A stretch of 64,000 nt of DNA from Rickettsiales bacterium (GTDB taxonomy: Bacteria > Pseudomonadota > Alphaproteobacteria > Rickettsiales > Rickettsiaceae). Made by a program: the position numbers and the translations under genes. Positions 1 through 10,007 of the stretch are shown here, in pieces. The number at the start of each line of letters is the position of its first letter. Position 1 is the first letter of the stretch. The stretch covers positions 5,620-69,619 of the forward strand of contig CANGIW010000002.1 in assembly GCA_947454145.1 (NCBI GenBank), in the 5' to 3' direction. A model generated the notes under the pieces. The model was not told where the DNA came from. It was given only the letters and a program-made list of their open reading frames with translations, and ran no database searches.

Positions 1-12
1 GCCCAATTAGGA

Positions 13-492
13 TTAAGTTAGACTAGTATAATTTCTAGAATAATATACTAAAGGAGACAAAGCATTATTTATCGAAGCAGATAACACCTCTCCTATAATA
101 ATTTTATGGTCTCCACCTTCATAGCTAGTATTAAGAGAACATTCCAGCCAACATTTGGCATTTTTTATCAAAGGGCTAAAACATTTGCCCCCCACAATAT
201 AGTCAATATGTTCAAATTTATTTTGAATATTGCTAGCACAAATTTGCGCTATTTCTTGCTGATTAGCATTTAAGAAACTAACTCCAAATTTACCATGCTT
301 AGAAATAACAGAATAAGTAGATGAAGTATCTTTAACACAAAATAAAATTAATTGTGGCTCAATAGATAATGAAACAAAACTACTTGCAGCAAGGCCGTGA
401 TAAGAATTGTCATTATTAGAAAAAGAGGATATAATACTAACACCCGTAGGCCATTGGCTCATTATGTTTTTAAAGTTATTATTTGAAATCAT
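13..492 (-). CDS. flavin reductase family protein (FMN-binding split-barrel domain)
   Basis: 159-aa ORF. 'MSQWPTGVSIIS...GLAASSFVSLSIEPQLILFCV...GKFGVSFL' fits the flavin reductase-like domain pattern. It overlaps the upstream ORF by 4 nt, suggesting co-transcription. Confidence 0.7.
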   Translation of the reverse strand: MISNNNFKNIMSQWPTGVSIISSFSNNDNSYHGLAASSFVSLSIEPQLILFCVKDTSSTYSVISKHGKFGVSFLNANQQEIAQICASNIQNKFEHIDYIVGGKCFSPLIKNAKCWLECSLNTSYEGGDHKIIIGEVLSASINNALSPLVYYSRNYTSLT

Positions 493-1238
493 TGCTTAAC
501 CCACTTAGTTTTAATTTTATCTAATTCACCTTCATTTTCTAATTCATCTATAGCCTTATTGATTTTTTCTAATAAAGGTGAATTTTTTGGCACTAAGATT
601 GCATATTCTGCATCTGGAAATTCTTTTGCTACTAATACTTTAAATTGAGGATATTTAGCCAAAATATATTGTGCTAGAAGTTCTTCTGTTAAAATAGCAT
701 CAATATATCCTCTTTTTAACTCTTCAAATAATATCAACATATTACCTAAGCTTTTGGTATTTATATTAGTATGATTATCTTTGATATATTTTTGGACCAT
801 TGGTACGTAATTAGTTCCGCTTTGAAATGCAAGAATTTTATGATTTAAATCTTTTATTGAGGTTATATTAGATTTTTTTAGTACTAATAAAACTATCTTA
901 GACTTAAAATAGCTTCTTGAAAAATCAAAATGGTTTTTTCTGCTCTCAGACGGTGATATAGCTGCTATTACTGCATCAAATTTCCCTATCTTTGCATGCA
1001 GCAATAGATTAGTAAAGCTCATATGGTTAGCTATGATAGGAGATTTATTTAGCTTTTTCCCAACAGCATTTATTATATCTATATCTAGTCCAATAATGTG
1101 AGTATTCGGTGAAAATTCATAAGGAGGATTATCTGGTGATGTTCCAAATATGAATGGATTATAATTTTCTCCAAGCTTTTGTGCGTTTATATTTGTAACA
1201 AATATAAAAGAAAATAATAGGATATAAAATTTTTTCAT
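489..1238 (-). CDS. amino-acid ABC transporter substrate-binding protein (SBP family 3)
   Basis: 249-aa ORF with an N-terminal signal peptide (MKKFYILLFSFIFVTNINA). Its length and 'GLDIDI...FDAVIAAIS...R...FDFS' pattern are typical of polar amino-acid binding proteins. No permease or ATPase gene is adjacent. Confidence 0.7.
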   Translation of the reverse strand: MKKFYILLFSFIFVTNINAQKLGENYNPFIFGTSPDNPPYEFSPNTHIIGLDIDIINAVGKKLNKSPIIANHMSFTNLLLHAKIGKFDAVIAAISPSESRKNHFDFSRSYFKSKIVLLVLKKSNITSIKDLNHKILAFQSGTNYVPMVQKYIKDNHTNINTKSLGNMLILFEELKRGYIDAILTEELLAQYILAKYPQFKVLVAKEFPDAEYAILVPKNSPLLEKINKAIDELENEGELDKIKTKWVKQ

Positions 1239-1266
1239 TATACGTAAAATAAGATTAATTCTCAGT

Positions 1267-2037
1267 TTATTTATTTAATCTGGACCAAATTCTTACTTTA
1301 GCAAAATAAGATATAATAGTAAAAAAAACCAAAAACAGCATCGTCTTTATACCTATTAATTTTCTTTTTTCCATCTCTGGCTCTGCTGCCCATTGTAAAA
1401 AATTTACCACGTCATAGGCCATTTGATCTTTTGTACTAGGTGTTCCATCGGCGTAAGTAACTAAATTATCACTTAAAGGCTCAGGCATAGCTATTTGTCT
1501 ATTAGAAAAATAAGGATTATAGTGTAGTAAATCTGGATCAGACATTTTAAAACCCTCGGGCGGTTTTTGATATCCGGTTAGCACGGAATATATATGGTTA
1601 GATCCGTCTTCACGGGCTTTAACCATTAAAGATAAATCTGGAGGGTAAGCGCCATTATTAGCAGCTCTTGCTGCTTGTTCGTTGGGGTAGGGGGATACAA
1701 ATTTATCCGTTGGTATAGCCGGTCTAGTAAACATCTCTCCAGATTCGTTTGGACCATCTGTTACAGTATAGCTTGCGGATATTGTTTTAATTTCATTCTC
1801 TGAAAAACCGATATCTTTTAAATTACGATATGAAATCCTTTTTAAGGAGTGACAATCAGAACACGCCTCTTTATATACTTGATAACCCCTTTGAATAGTT
1901 TGACGGTCAAAACGCCCCATAATTCCATCAAATGACCAAACCATTTGCTTAGGAGGTAAAGCTTCATACTGAGCTAAAACAGGTGGTGAAAATATGAGTT
2001 CTAATAATAAAACAAACATATATAAAAAATTTTTCAT
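1267..2037 (-). CDS. petC: cytochrome c1 (ubiquinol-cytochrome c reductase subunit)
   Basis: 256 aa with a signal peptide, a CSDCHS heme c motif (CxxCH) and a C-terminal TM anchor. It is the last gene of a petA-petB-petC arrangement. Confidence 0.9.
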   Translation of the reverse strand: MKNFLYMFVLLLELIFSPPVLAQYEALPPKQMVWSFDGIMGRFDRQTIQRGYQVYKEACSDCHSLKRISYRNLKDIGFSENEIKTISASYTVTDGPNESGEMFTRPAIPTDKFVSPYPNEQAARAANNGAYPPDLSLMVKAREDGSNHIYSVLTGYQKPPEGFKMSDPDLLHYNPYFSNRQIAMPEPLSDNLVTYADGTPSTKDQMAYDVVNFLQWAAEPEMEKRKLIGIKTMLFLVFFTIISYFAKVRIWSRLNK

Positions 2038-2064
2038 AGTATCTTATAGTAATTTACAGATTTG

Positions 2065-3291
2065 TTAATTGGTATATTTTTTTTCAGCTTTACTCTCTAT
2101 AATGCTTACAAAAGGTAGAATAAAAAACAAGTGCACAAAATAATAAAGAGTAGATAATCTACTTATCGTAATATAAGGCTCTTCTGCTGGTTTTCCACCC
2201 AAAAACCCTAATAGTAACACATTAGCTATAAAGAGCAACAGAAAAGCACGATAAACCTTTCTATTGCTACAGCTTTTAACTTTAGACCTATCTAACCAAG
2301 GCAAGAAAAATAGCGCAAAAATAGCTCCAAACATTGTGAGTGCACCACCCAATTTGGATGGTACAGATCTTAAGATTGCATAAAAGGGTAAGAAATACCA
2401 TTCTGGTACTATATGAGTAGGTGTAACCAAAGGATTAGCTTCTACATAATTGTCAGGATGACCTAGGTAATTAGGTTGCCAAAAAACAAAATAAGAAAAC
2501 AGCATAAAGTAAAAACCAAAACTATACAAATCTTTGATTGTATAATAAGGATGAAAATTAATTTTGTCTTTTTCTTCGGGGTCAACACCTGTTGGATTAT
2601 TAGATCCATGAGTATGTAGTGCAAGTACGTGTAATACCACTAAAGCCAAAATCACAAAGGGTAGTAAATAATGTAAAGAAAAAAATCTGTTTAAAGTAGG
2701 ATTTCCAACGGAAAAACCACCCCACAGCCATGTTACAACACTTTCACCAACGAATGGTATAGCAGAAAATATATTAGTAATAACGGTTGCAGCCCAATAG
2801 CTCATTTGACCCCATGGTAAAACATAACCCATGAAAGCTGTTGCCATCATAGTAAGAAATATAACGAGCCCAATTTGCCATAATAATTCTCTAGGATATT
2901 TATATGAGCCATAATATAATGCTCTTATCATGTGTATATATGTTGCAGCAAAAAACATTGAAGCACCTACGGCATGAAGATATCTTATAAGCCATCCGTA
3001 ATTAACATTTCGCATAATGTTTTCTACGCTATCAAAAGCATAATCCACATGAGGTGTATAATGCATTGATAAAACCAAACCGGTTATTATTTGTATAATC
3101 AAACCAAGAGATGCTATTGCACCAAAATTCCACAAATAATTAAGATTTCTAGGAGCTTTATAACTGGTTAAATGATGGAATATAAAACCTATAGCCGGAA
3201 TCCTATAATCTATCCAAGCTGCTATAGAAGAAGTAGATATGTTTTCGGTTTTAGTATTATTATCGTTTGTGCTGTTATGTTGGGTAGACAT
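2065..3291 (-). CDS. petB: cytochrome b
   Basis: 408-aa polytopic protein with cytochrome b hallmarks ([34 protein letters not shown]). Confidence 0.95.
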   Translation of the reverse strand: MSTQHNSTNDNNTKTENISTSSIAAWIDYRIPAIGFIFHHLTSYKAPRNLNYLWNFGAIASLGLIIQIITGLVLSMHYTPHVDYAFDSVENIMRNVNYGWLIRYLHAVGASMFFAATYIHMIRALYYGSYKYPRELLWQIGLVIFLTMMATAFMGYVLPWGQMSYWAATVITNIFSAIPFVGESVVTWLWGGFSVGNPTLNRFFSLHYLLPFVILALVVLHVLALHTHGSNNPTGVDPEEKDKINFHPYYTIKDLYSFGFYFMLFSYFVFWQPNYLGHPDNYVEANPLVTPTHIVPEWYFLPFYAILRSVPSKLGGALTMFGAIFALFFLPWLDRSKVKSCSNRKVYRAFLLLFIANVLLLGFLGGKPAEEPYITISRLSTLYYFVHLFFILPFVSIIESKAEKKYTN

Positions 3292-3296
3292 TGCGA

Positions 3297-3848
3297 TTAG
3301 CCTATTTTTATTTTAGTATCACTTATAAAACTGTAAGGAGGAATTTCTAAATTCTTTGGGGCTGGACCTTGTCTTATTCTACCAGAAGCATCATATTGAG
3401 AGCCATGGCAAGGACAAAACCATCCAGCATAATCACCCTGCTTCGATATAGGAACACATCCTAAATGTGTACAAATTCCTATTGTAATTAGCCATTCATC
3501 ATGACCATTTTTTACTCTATCTTCATCTGTTTGAGGGTCTGGTAGGGTCTTTATATCTACCGCCCTTAAATTTGCAATTTCAGTAGGAGATCTACGGCTT
3601 ATAAAGACTGGTTTACCTCGCCATTTTATAGCTACTACTTGCCCCACTTGAATGTTGCTTAAATCATACTCTATAGAAGATTCAGCTAATACATCAGCTG
3701 CGGGGTTTAGTGAATCAATTAAAGGCCATAATGCACAAGATGCACCAATTGCAGCACTAGCACAAGAAGTAGTTACAATAAAATCTCTACGACTTATTGT
3801 GTTGTCTTTAGTGTTTTCTAGATTTTGAGCTTTTTTATTTTCTTCCAT
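3297..3848 (-). CDS. petA: ubiquinol-cytochrome c reductase Rieske iron-sulfur subunit
   Basis: 183 aa. It has an RRDF twin-arginine-like leader and the Rieske boxes CTHLGC and CPCHGS. Confidence 0.95.
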   Translation of the reverse strand: MEENKKAQNLENTKDNTISRRDFIVTTSCASAAIGASCALWPLIDSLNPAADVLAESSIEYDLSNIQVGQVVAIKWRGKPVFISRRSPTEIANLRAVDIKTLPDPQTDEDRVKNGHDEWLITIGICTHLGCVPISKQGDYAGWFCPCHGSQYDASGRIRQGPAPKNLEIPPYSFISDTKIKIG

Positions 3849-3990
3849 ATTTTTTAGTGATAAATAATCCCATCCTATTCATTGAAAATGATAACATATA
3901 GATTGTGTAAATCTAGAGTAAAACTGTAATAATACATCTAAATTTTTTTAAATATTAGAATAAGATTATTTTCAAAACCCCTAATGATAT

Positions 3991-5298
3991 TTAGCTTAAA
4001 TCTATTTCTTTTCTTAATCTCAATATCCCTGCAGCATTTATTATCAACAAAAGACCACTACATAAACCCATTAAAAGCATAACTTTTTCCTGAGAAGAAT
4101 TACTAAATAATATAAAAATCAAAGCAGCGTATATAAAGAAAATTTTAGAACCATATTTTGAATTTAAGAAAGAGGCTGATTTCATTCCTACAGCGAAATA
4201 AGATATGATAGTTGTAAAGCCAGCAAAAAATAAAACCGCAGTCATAAAATATTCAGAAAAAGGAATGTAACTTTTGAATATTGTAGCCATTACATCTGAT
4301 TGGGGCATATCGTTAGAAGTATGCCAAAGGCCACTTGTTAATATAACCATTGTCGTGATAAAGCAAATAAAACTATCAGTGAATAAAGAGTATACAGCTA
4401 ATTCAGCTTGTTGTTTAGGGTTTGTTACCTGAGTTTGACTTTGTACTACTGAGTCAAAACCTACACATATATCCCCAGAATATACAGATTTTGCTATACC
4501 CGTTTTAGCTGTAAGTATTATTGAGCTTCCTACAAAACCACCTATAGCTGCAGTACCAGAGAGTGCTGATTCAAATATCAAACTTATTAAACGAGGCAAA
4601 ATATTTATGTGATCTATTAAAATTAGTACCGAAATTGTAATGTATACTATCAAAAACACGGGCATAATACTTGAACAAAGATTGGCTACTCTTTTTACGC
4701 CACCTAGTGCCGAATATAATATAGTCACTAGTAACGTAAATATTACTAAGTTTCTATTAATTTCAAAAGTCGTCTCTATTCTATCCACCAAAACAACAAA
4801 TTGGTATATTTCTACACCATATATGCATAATAATACAGCTGAAAGATAGGCCCAAAATTTATTTTGAAAAGCCACTTGCAGATAATACATTGATCCACCA
4901 GAATAATCGTTGTTTTTTTTCTCTCTATATTTTACACCTAGATATGTTTCTGAATATTTTAAAAGCATACCTAAAAAACAGGATATCCATATCCATAAAA
5001 TACTTCCCGGTCCGCCTATAAAAACAGCGCTACCAACACCCACTACATTTCCACAACCTATCATTCCTCCAACCGAGGTAAAGTATATTTTCAAAGGATG
5101 AATCCCGTCACTACATCTATTAGCTTCTTTATCAAACAGACGCTTAATATTAGTGCGGATATTATACAAAATTCTAAATTGTAGACCTTTTGAGTATATA
5201 GTAAAATAAAGCCCTATGAAGCATATTATTAAAAAACCCATATACCAAAATAGGTTATCTAGATAACCTATTATATACCAAATATCCTCTATCATCAT
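3991..5298 (-). CDS. alanine/glycine:cation symporter (AGCS) family transporter
   Basis: 435-aa polytopic membrane protein. The 'GGPGSILWIWISCFLGM' and 'SGGSMYY' segments match the sodium:alanine symporter family pattern. Confidence 0.8.
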   Translation of the reverse strand: MMIEDIWYIIGYLDNLFWYMGFLIICFIGLYFTIYSKGLQFRILYNIRTNIKRLFDKEANRCSDGIHPLKIYFTSVGGMIGCGNVVGVGSAVFIGGPGSILWIWISCFLGMLLKYSETYLGVKYREKKNNDYSGGSMYYLQVAFQNKFWAYLSAVLLCIYGVEIYQFVVLVDRIETTFEINRNLVIFTLLVTILYSALGGVKRVANLCSSIMPVFLIVYITISVLILIDHINILPRLISLIFESALSGTAAIGGFVGSSIILTAKTGIAKSVYSGDICVGFDSVVQSQTQVTNPKQQAELAVYSLFTDSFICFITTMVILTSGLWHTSNDMPQSDVMATIFKSYIPFSEYFMTAVLFFAGFTTIISYFAVGMKSASFLNSKYGSKIFFIYAALIFILFSNSSQEKVMLLMGLCSGLLLIINAAGILRLRKEIDLS

Positions 5299-5375
5299 AA
5301 ATATTAATATATTTTTATAAAAGTGCTTATTGATTTATGTTTTTATCATACAAAGACTGTAAAATCAATAAAATT

Positions 5376-5452
5376 TGGTGCACCCGATTGGAATTGAACC
5401 AACGACTTTTACCTTCGGAGGGTAACACTCTATCCAACTGAGCTACGGGTGC
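5376..5452 (-). tRNA. tRNA-Arg (anticodon CCG)
   Basis: I folded the reverse complement GCACCCGTAGCTCAGTTGGATAGAGTGTTACCCTCCGAAGGTAAAAGTCGTTGGTTCAATTCCAATCGGGTGCACCA by hand. It gives a 7-bp acceptor stem, D and T arms, the anticodon loop CTCCGAA and an encoded CCA. Confidence 0.85.
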
Positions 5453-5520
5453 AGTGAAGATTAAAGTTTGAGCGAAATATTAATAAACTCTACGTCAATT
5501 AGCTTTATTCTTTATCTAGT

Positions 5521-6666
5521 TTATACTAAACTTCTGTATAAGTTTACAACTTTACAATGCATTTCTTCCAATGAGAAATTTTCAATAACAAATTGTCTTG
5601 CATTTAAACCTATATTTTTAGATTTTTCGCTATTAAGGATTCCTATAGCAGTACGTAGTTTTTCAGCAAGAGATTCGGCTTTATTAGCCTCAAAACAAAA
5701 ACCGTTAACATTATCCTTAATAAGTTCTGGTACGGCGCCAATATTGCTACCTATCACTATTTTCTCCATAGATTGCCCTTCTATAACGCTTTTAGGAAAA
5801 GCTTCTGGCTCTATAGAAGTTGAGAGAATAATATCGGACATAGCGTATAATGTAGCAACATCATCTGACAATCCATATATTTGGACTTTACTTTGCATTC
5901 TATTTTCTTTTATACGTTTTGCAACAATATTTAAAAACTCTGGGTCATTTCCAAGATGTCCTACTATTATGCAATAAAAATTCAAATCTTTTATTAACTT
6001 CAAGGCTTCTAAAAGAAGCAGATGCCCCTTCCAACGAGTAAATTTTGAAGGCAGTAATATTATAGGGGTAGATTTGGGAACAGCATAGCGTAATTTTAAT
6101 TTCTCAATTCTAATTTCATCTATAGTATTTTTATCAAAATATTTATAATCAACACCACGAGGTATAACTAGGATCTTATTTTCATCAGCTGCATATTCTG
6201 AAATGGCATGCTGTTTAGCAAAATGCGACAAGGCTATCATTTTATCGCTTTTATACATTATAGAATTATAAATTTTTTGCAGCCAACTTTGGTTAGTATA
6301 AATAGAATGCAGGGTTGTGATTATAGGAATTTTACTGTTTTGACGTTTTCTGTATAAATGGCTGCTCCATGAATAAGACCTAGTATGTGAGTGAATTAAA
6401 TTGATTTTATGATCTATTATGGCTTTAGAAATTTTATTACTATCATTCCAAATTTTAGAAAAGAATATATTATTATTTTTTAAAATTATATTTGGAACAT
6501 TCATTTCGTGCAAAGCATTTATCAACATTCCACCAGAAGATGCTACAACCGAACGTTCTCCTAAAGAATTCATGTATTTCACTAAAGGCAACACACCTCT
6601 TTCAAGTCCATAAGTCTCCATGATTGGCGTTAGATGCAAAACATCTATAACATGATCCTTGGGCAT
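5521..6666 (-). CDS. glycosyltransferase family 4 (GT-B, group 1)
   Basis: 381 aa. The C-terminal 'STSIEPEAFPKSVIEGQSMEKIVIGSNIGAVPELIKDNVNGF' is the classic GT4 E-x7-E region. Confidence 0.8.
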   Translation of the reverse strand: MPKDHVIDVLHLTPIMETYGLERGVLPLVKYMNSLGERSVVASSGGMLINALHEMNVPNIILKNNNIFFSKIWNDSNKISKAIIDHKINLIHSHTRSYSWSSHLYRKRQNSKIPIITTLHSIYTNQSWLQKIYNSIMYKSDKMIALSHFAKQHAISEYAADENKILVIPRGVDYKYFDKNTIDEIRIEKLKLRYAVPKSTPIILLPSKFTRWKGHLLLLEALKLIKDLNFYCIIVGHLGNDPEFLNIVAKRIKENRMQSKVQIYGLSDDVATLYAMSDIILSTSIEPEAFPKSVIEGQSMEKIVIGSNIGAVPELIKDNVNGFCFEANKAESLAEKLRTAIGILNSEKSKNIGLNARQFVIENFSLEEMHCKVVNLYRSLV

Positions 6667-6944
6667 ATATTACCTAACTTTATTAATTCAAATAAACAAC
6701 TATTAATACTAGCTTTTAGCAAAAAAATATTCACAATATACAATATATTAGTATTAATAATAAGGGAATTGTAGTTAACAATATCTTTAACATTATCTTG
6801 ACCAAAGTTTTCATTAAAGAACTAATTTATTATAAGAGAATATTATTAAAAAAGTCAAACAACCAAATATATAATATACCTAGAACTCTTAAATTTAGAC
6901 TAAATGAAAAGATATGGTGGTTTTATTTTTTAGTAACTGTGTAA

Positions 6945-7036
6945 TTAATAGCCTTTATCAATAATAGCCTTTATCAATCTTCTTATCGGTTTTTGTAAAA
7001 CGCCTTCATCAATCTTCTTATCGGGTTTTGTAAAAC
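6945..7036. repeat. nested tandem duplications across the stop codon of the 692-aa ORF
   Basis: There are two copies of a 16-nt unit (6945-6960 and 6961-6976, ..aatagcctttatca). They are followed by two copies of a 35-nt unit gccttYatcaatcttcttatcggKttttgtaaaac (6967-7001 and 7002-7036). Confidence 0.85.
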
Positions 7037-9061
7037 TCTCTTTGGAGAAACAATAAGATTTTCACTATCAACGTAGTTTTTTTTGTTAACTTCAGCATTT
7101 AATTGATTTGTAATACTATTACCCAACTTGTGTTGAACATCTACATCAGTACTATTATTATGTATATTGGTTGTTGAGCTCTTTAATTTATTTTTGGTAT
7201 TTTTTTTCCAAAACCGTCTAAAAAAAAATTTAATTTTATGCCAATAACTTTTATCTTCACGGTTACGAGCTTTTTTATTATTGGGTTCTTTGTTTTTTTT
7301 CTGATTTTCTTTCAAAGCCTGTCCTTTTTCTTCCGAAGCCTGTCCTTGTCCGTTTGAGATTGATAGGTTATCGCCTATATTATCTGATAAATCATAAACG
7401 GTGTCTTTATCTGCTTGTGCCTTCTTTAAGTTAGCATCTTCATTTAATGATGCTCCACTTTTTTTTTTAGCGAGTTTCTGTCTACGCTCATCTAGCCTAC
7501 GGGCTATTTCCTTTTTTTGTTTTCTTCCATCGGCTTCAAATACTTTTCTTGCGGTATTAGCGATTAGTTTACTCTGTTCGTATAATTCAAGTGGGTCTAA
7601 CTCTATTATATTATTTGTTGATTCTTTTTTTATTACAGGATCTTTACCTTTCTTTTTAAGCCTTTCTAACAACCGCTCTTTAACTGAATTACTCTGCTCT
7701 GACAAAGAATTTTGTAAAACTTTTTTTATTGCCTCTTTATCTTTCTCGTGGTTTTGAATTTTAAGGGACGCTTTTTCATTCTCAATATGATCTTTTTCTA
7801 GAGTTTGTTCTTGAAATTTTTCTTGGGATTGGGATATTAATTCTTTTGGGTAATCTGGATTTTGTACAAGATCTTTTTCAATCTTGTTTTCATTTAATTG
7901 TGCTTTTAGTTCATTTAGTTTTTCTTGTATTACTTCACCTTTAATTGAATCTTCAGCGCCATTAAGCTCAATCCCAAGTTGTATTATTTGTTCTTCTAAT
8001 GATTTATCTGATAAATTTGTATTTTTGTAGATCTGCGTTATAATTGATAGCTTTATACTTTTTCTCGTTTCCTCTATATCAGCAGGGATTTGTTCTATGG
8101 TTTCTGCATGTTCCTTATTCCTCTCATTATGTACTTCGTCAACTTTTTTTATATAAGCATCAAGCTCTCCAGCGTTTAACACTTGTTCCTTTTTATATAT
8201 TGCGCTTTCTTTTATGGCTAAACCACTTTCTACTGATGCCAAAGGTTCAGACTTTAATTTGTCATTATTAATGGTTTTTACCTGTAAATTTTGTTTTTCT
8301 TCTTGTTCTACAGAAATAAATCTATCCTGATTTGAAGGGTTTATTCCATCTGAAATGCTTTGATTCATAGCTAAAGATTCAAGTGATGATTTATCGCGTA
8401 AATCTTGAGAATTGGTATTATCAAACTCTTGAAGTTCAACTTTCTTATATTCGTCTTTGTCTAAAGCTACTTTTTCTTTATCTATATATCCTTCACCATA
8501 CTCTATTTCTGCAGGAGAGTTGTTAAAGCTTTTACTGCTTATAATACTTTCTTTGAAAGACTGGTAGAACTTTTCACTTTTTAAGATAGTTGTATCTAAC
8601 AATTGTATATTTTCATTTAAAGTCGAGTATTCACTTCTTAGTGTCTTTTCTTGATTTAATAGTTCTTTATTTTTAGCCTTTAATTCATCCTTTAATTTTA
8701 CGTCTAAGGGATCTTTATATTTTTTTGTACAATTTTTTATATAAACAGTAGTTTCATTAATTGTAGTATTAATAACTTGAATTTTGTTACAAATATCTGT
8801 AGTTTTGCCAAAAGTTTCTTGAATAAAAAATTGGTTGATATTCTCTTTAACTTCATCAGTTACATTGTCACGATTATTTATTAAATCCTGTGTTATTTCT
8901 TCATATTTTGGTATAAGTTGCTGTAGTTTCTTTTTTGCTTCAGGTGCAATTGCGGCAAGAGCATTTTTTAAAGATTCAAGTAATTTTTCGCTATTAACAA
9001 CCGTAGTATCTTTTTTAACATTTTTTTTTGTACCATTACTATTTTTAACGTACTCCTTCAT
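6983..9061 (-). CDS. hypothetical K/E/N/Q-rich coiled-coil protein (candidate secreted effector)
   Basis: 692-aa uninterrupted ORF. It has low-complexity charged and heptad-like composition, no signal peptide or TM segment, and a strongly basic C-terminal ~120 aa. I recognise no enzyme motif. Confidence 0.55.
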   Translation of the reverse strand: MKEYVKNSNGTKKNVKKDTTVVNSEKLLESLKNALAAIAPEAKKKLQQLIPKYEEITQDLINNRDNVTDEVKENINQFFIQETFGKTTDICNKIQVINTTINETTVYIKNCTKKYKDPLDVKLKDELKAKNKELLNQEKTLRSEYSTLNENIQLLDTTILKSEKFYQSFKESIISSKSFNNSPAEIEYGEGYIDKEKVALDKDEYKKVELQEFDNTNSQDLRDKSSLESLAMNQSISDGINPSNQDRFISVEQEEKQNLQVKTINNDKLKSEPLASVESGLAIKESAIYKKEQVLNAGELDAYIKKVDEVHNERNKEHAETIEQIPADIEETRKSIKLSIITQIYKNTNLSDKSLEEQIIQLGIELNGAEDSIKGEVIQEKLNELKAQLNENKIEKDLVQNPDYPKELISQSQEKFQEQTLEKDHIENEKASLKIQNHEKDKEAIKKVLQNSLSEQSNSVKERLLERLKKKGKDPVIKKESTNNIIELDPLELYEQSKLIANTARKVFEADGRKQKKEIARRLDERRQKLAKKKSGASLNEDANLKKAQADKDTVYDLSDNIGDNLSISNGQGQASEEKGQALKENQKKNKEPNNKKARNREDKSYWHKIKFFFRRFWKKNTKNKLKSSTTNIHNNSTDVDVQHKLGNSITNQLNAEVNKKNYVDSENLIVSPKRVLQNPIRRLMKAFYKNR

Positions 9062-9440
9062 AAGTGACTATCTGTTCATTGAAATTTAATTAACAATTAT
9101 CTTTAATTACAAATAATAATTATAAAAAAATTAATATTCAATAAAAATTAGGTATAAATTTTAAAAATATTTTTATATAGATAAGGTGTTTTTAGTAAAA
9201 AAAGCTTAAGACAAATTTTTTTTGTATAAAAAAATGTTGCATTAGTAGAAAAATTGATCCATATGTGAGTATTCAATAGATGAAATATAGGAATATTTGA
9301 TAATAGTAATTATTGATAGTAGCTAAAACTTGTGAGTAGAAAAATTTAATATACAAAGTATATTAGTTTATATTTTAATTATACAAAATATTTGTTATGT
9401 GTTAGAAACAGATAGTTGATGATATTGAATAGATAATAAG

Positions 9441-9527
9441 TGGCGGAGAGAGAGGGATTCGAACCCTCGACACTTTTGGTGAACACGCTTTCCAGGCGTG
9501 CGCCTTAAACCGCTCGGCCATCCCTCC
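9441..9527 (-). tRNA. tRNA-Ser (anticodon GGA)
   Basis: The reverse complement GGAGGGATGGCCGAGCGG...CACGCCTGGAAAGCGTG...GAGGGTTCGAATCCCTCTCTCTCCGCCA folds by hand. It has a long variable arm, the anticodon loop CTGGAAA and an encoded CCA. Confidence 0.85.
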
Positions 9528-9729
9528 AACTTGATAGAATATAGCTTTTGCAAATGAATTTTGCAATATATTTTTCATTAAAAGTGAAATTAAAATAAAA
9601 ACTCTATTGTCAAAGCCTTTCTGCAAAAGTTCTACATGGGCTTAGTTATTTTTTAGTAGCATTATTGATAATTTTATGGTAAAGATTATATTAGTTTGAT
9701 TAAAACCTTTAATAAAATTACAGAAGAAT

Positions 9730-9993
9730 ATGAGCTTTGATATAGTTCGAGTAAAAGACGAAATTTTTGATATAATAGCAAATAAACTTAAAAAAGATAA
9801 AGCTGCTTTATCTGAAACAAAAACTTTCAATGAAGAAGGTGTAGATAGTCTTGATCAGGTAGAAATTGTAATGGCTGTAGAGGAAAAATTCGGATGCACC
9901 ATTCCTGATGTTGATGTTGAAAGGCTTGTAAATATAAATGCTGTTGTAGAATATATAGAAGAGCAATATAAAGCTGGTAAATGCAAACTTTAA
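9730..9993 (+). CDS. acpP: acyl carrier protein
   Basis: 87 aa with the phosphopantetheine attachment motif 'GVDSLDQVEIVMAVEEKFG'. It lies immediately upstream of fabF. Confidence 0.9.
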   Translation: MSFDIVRVKDEIFDIIANKLKKDKAALSETKTFNEEGVDSLDQVEIVMAVEEKFGCTIPDVDVERLVNINAVVEYIEEQYKAGKCKL

Positions 9994-10007
9994 GTTTTAT
10001 TTAGAAT

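Noticed and set aside
5468-5977. 169-aa plus-strand ORF, and the similar antisense ORFs at 4640-4849, 4910-5101, 6419-6613, 7401-7757, 8044-8271, 8835-9089, 10274-10649, 16391-16915, 17540-17755, 18813-19013, 20942-21427, 24585-24776, 26096-26701, 29452-29937, 33290-33478, 35551-35757, 36334-36665, 38317-38535, 39573-39791, 40719-40967, 42939-43226, 46656-46841, 48669-49097, 50925-51593, 52718-53008, 54815-55075, 60035-60235 and 62125-62547
   Set aside because: Each lies wholly inside, and antisense or out of frame to, a longer ORF with clear family motifs. Their low-complexity composition is typical of shadow ORFs in AT-rich DNA.
9402-9626. 74-aa ORF in the supplied track
   Set aside because: It lies directly over the tRNA-Ser(GGA) gene on the same strand. 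The ORF is a by-product of the tRNA sequence.
9642-9830. 62-aa minus-strand ORF upstream of and overlapping acpP
   Set aside because: It overlaps the acpP start on the opposite strand, has low complexity and shows no RBS or motif. The ORFs at 13722-13934, 20612-20806, 23121-23327, 45504-45701 and 54419-54613 were judged the same way.
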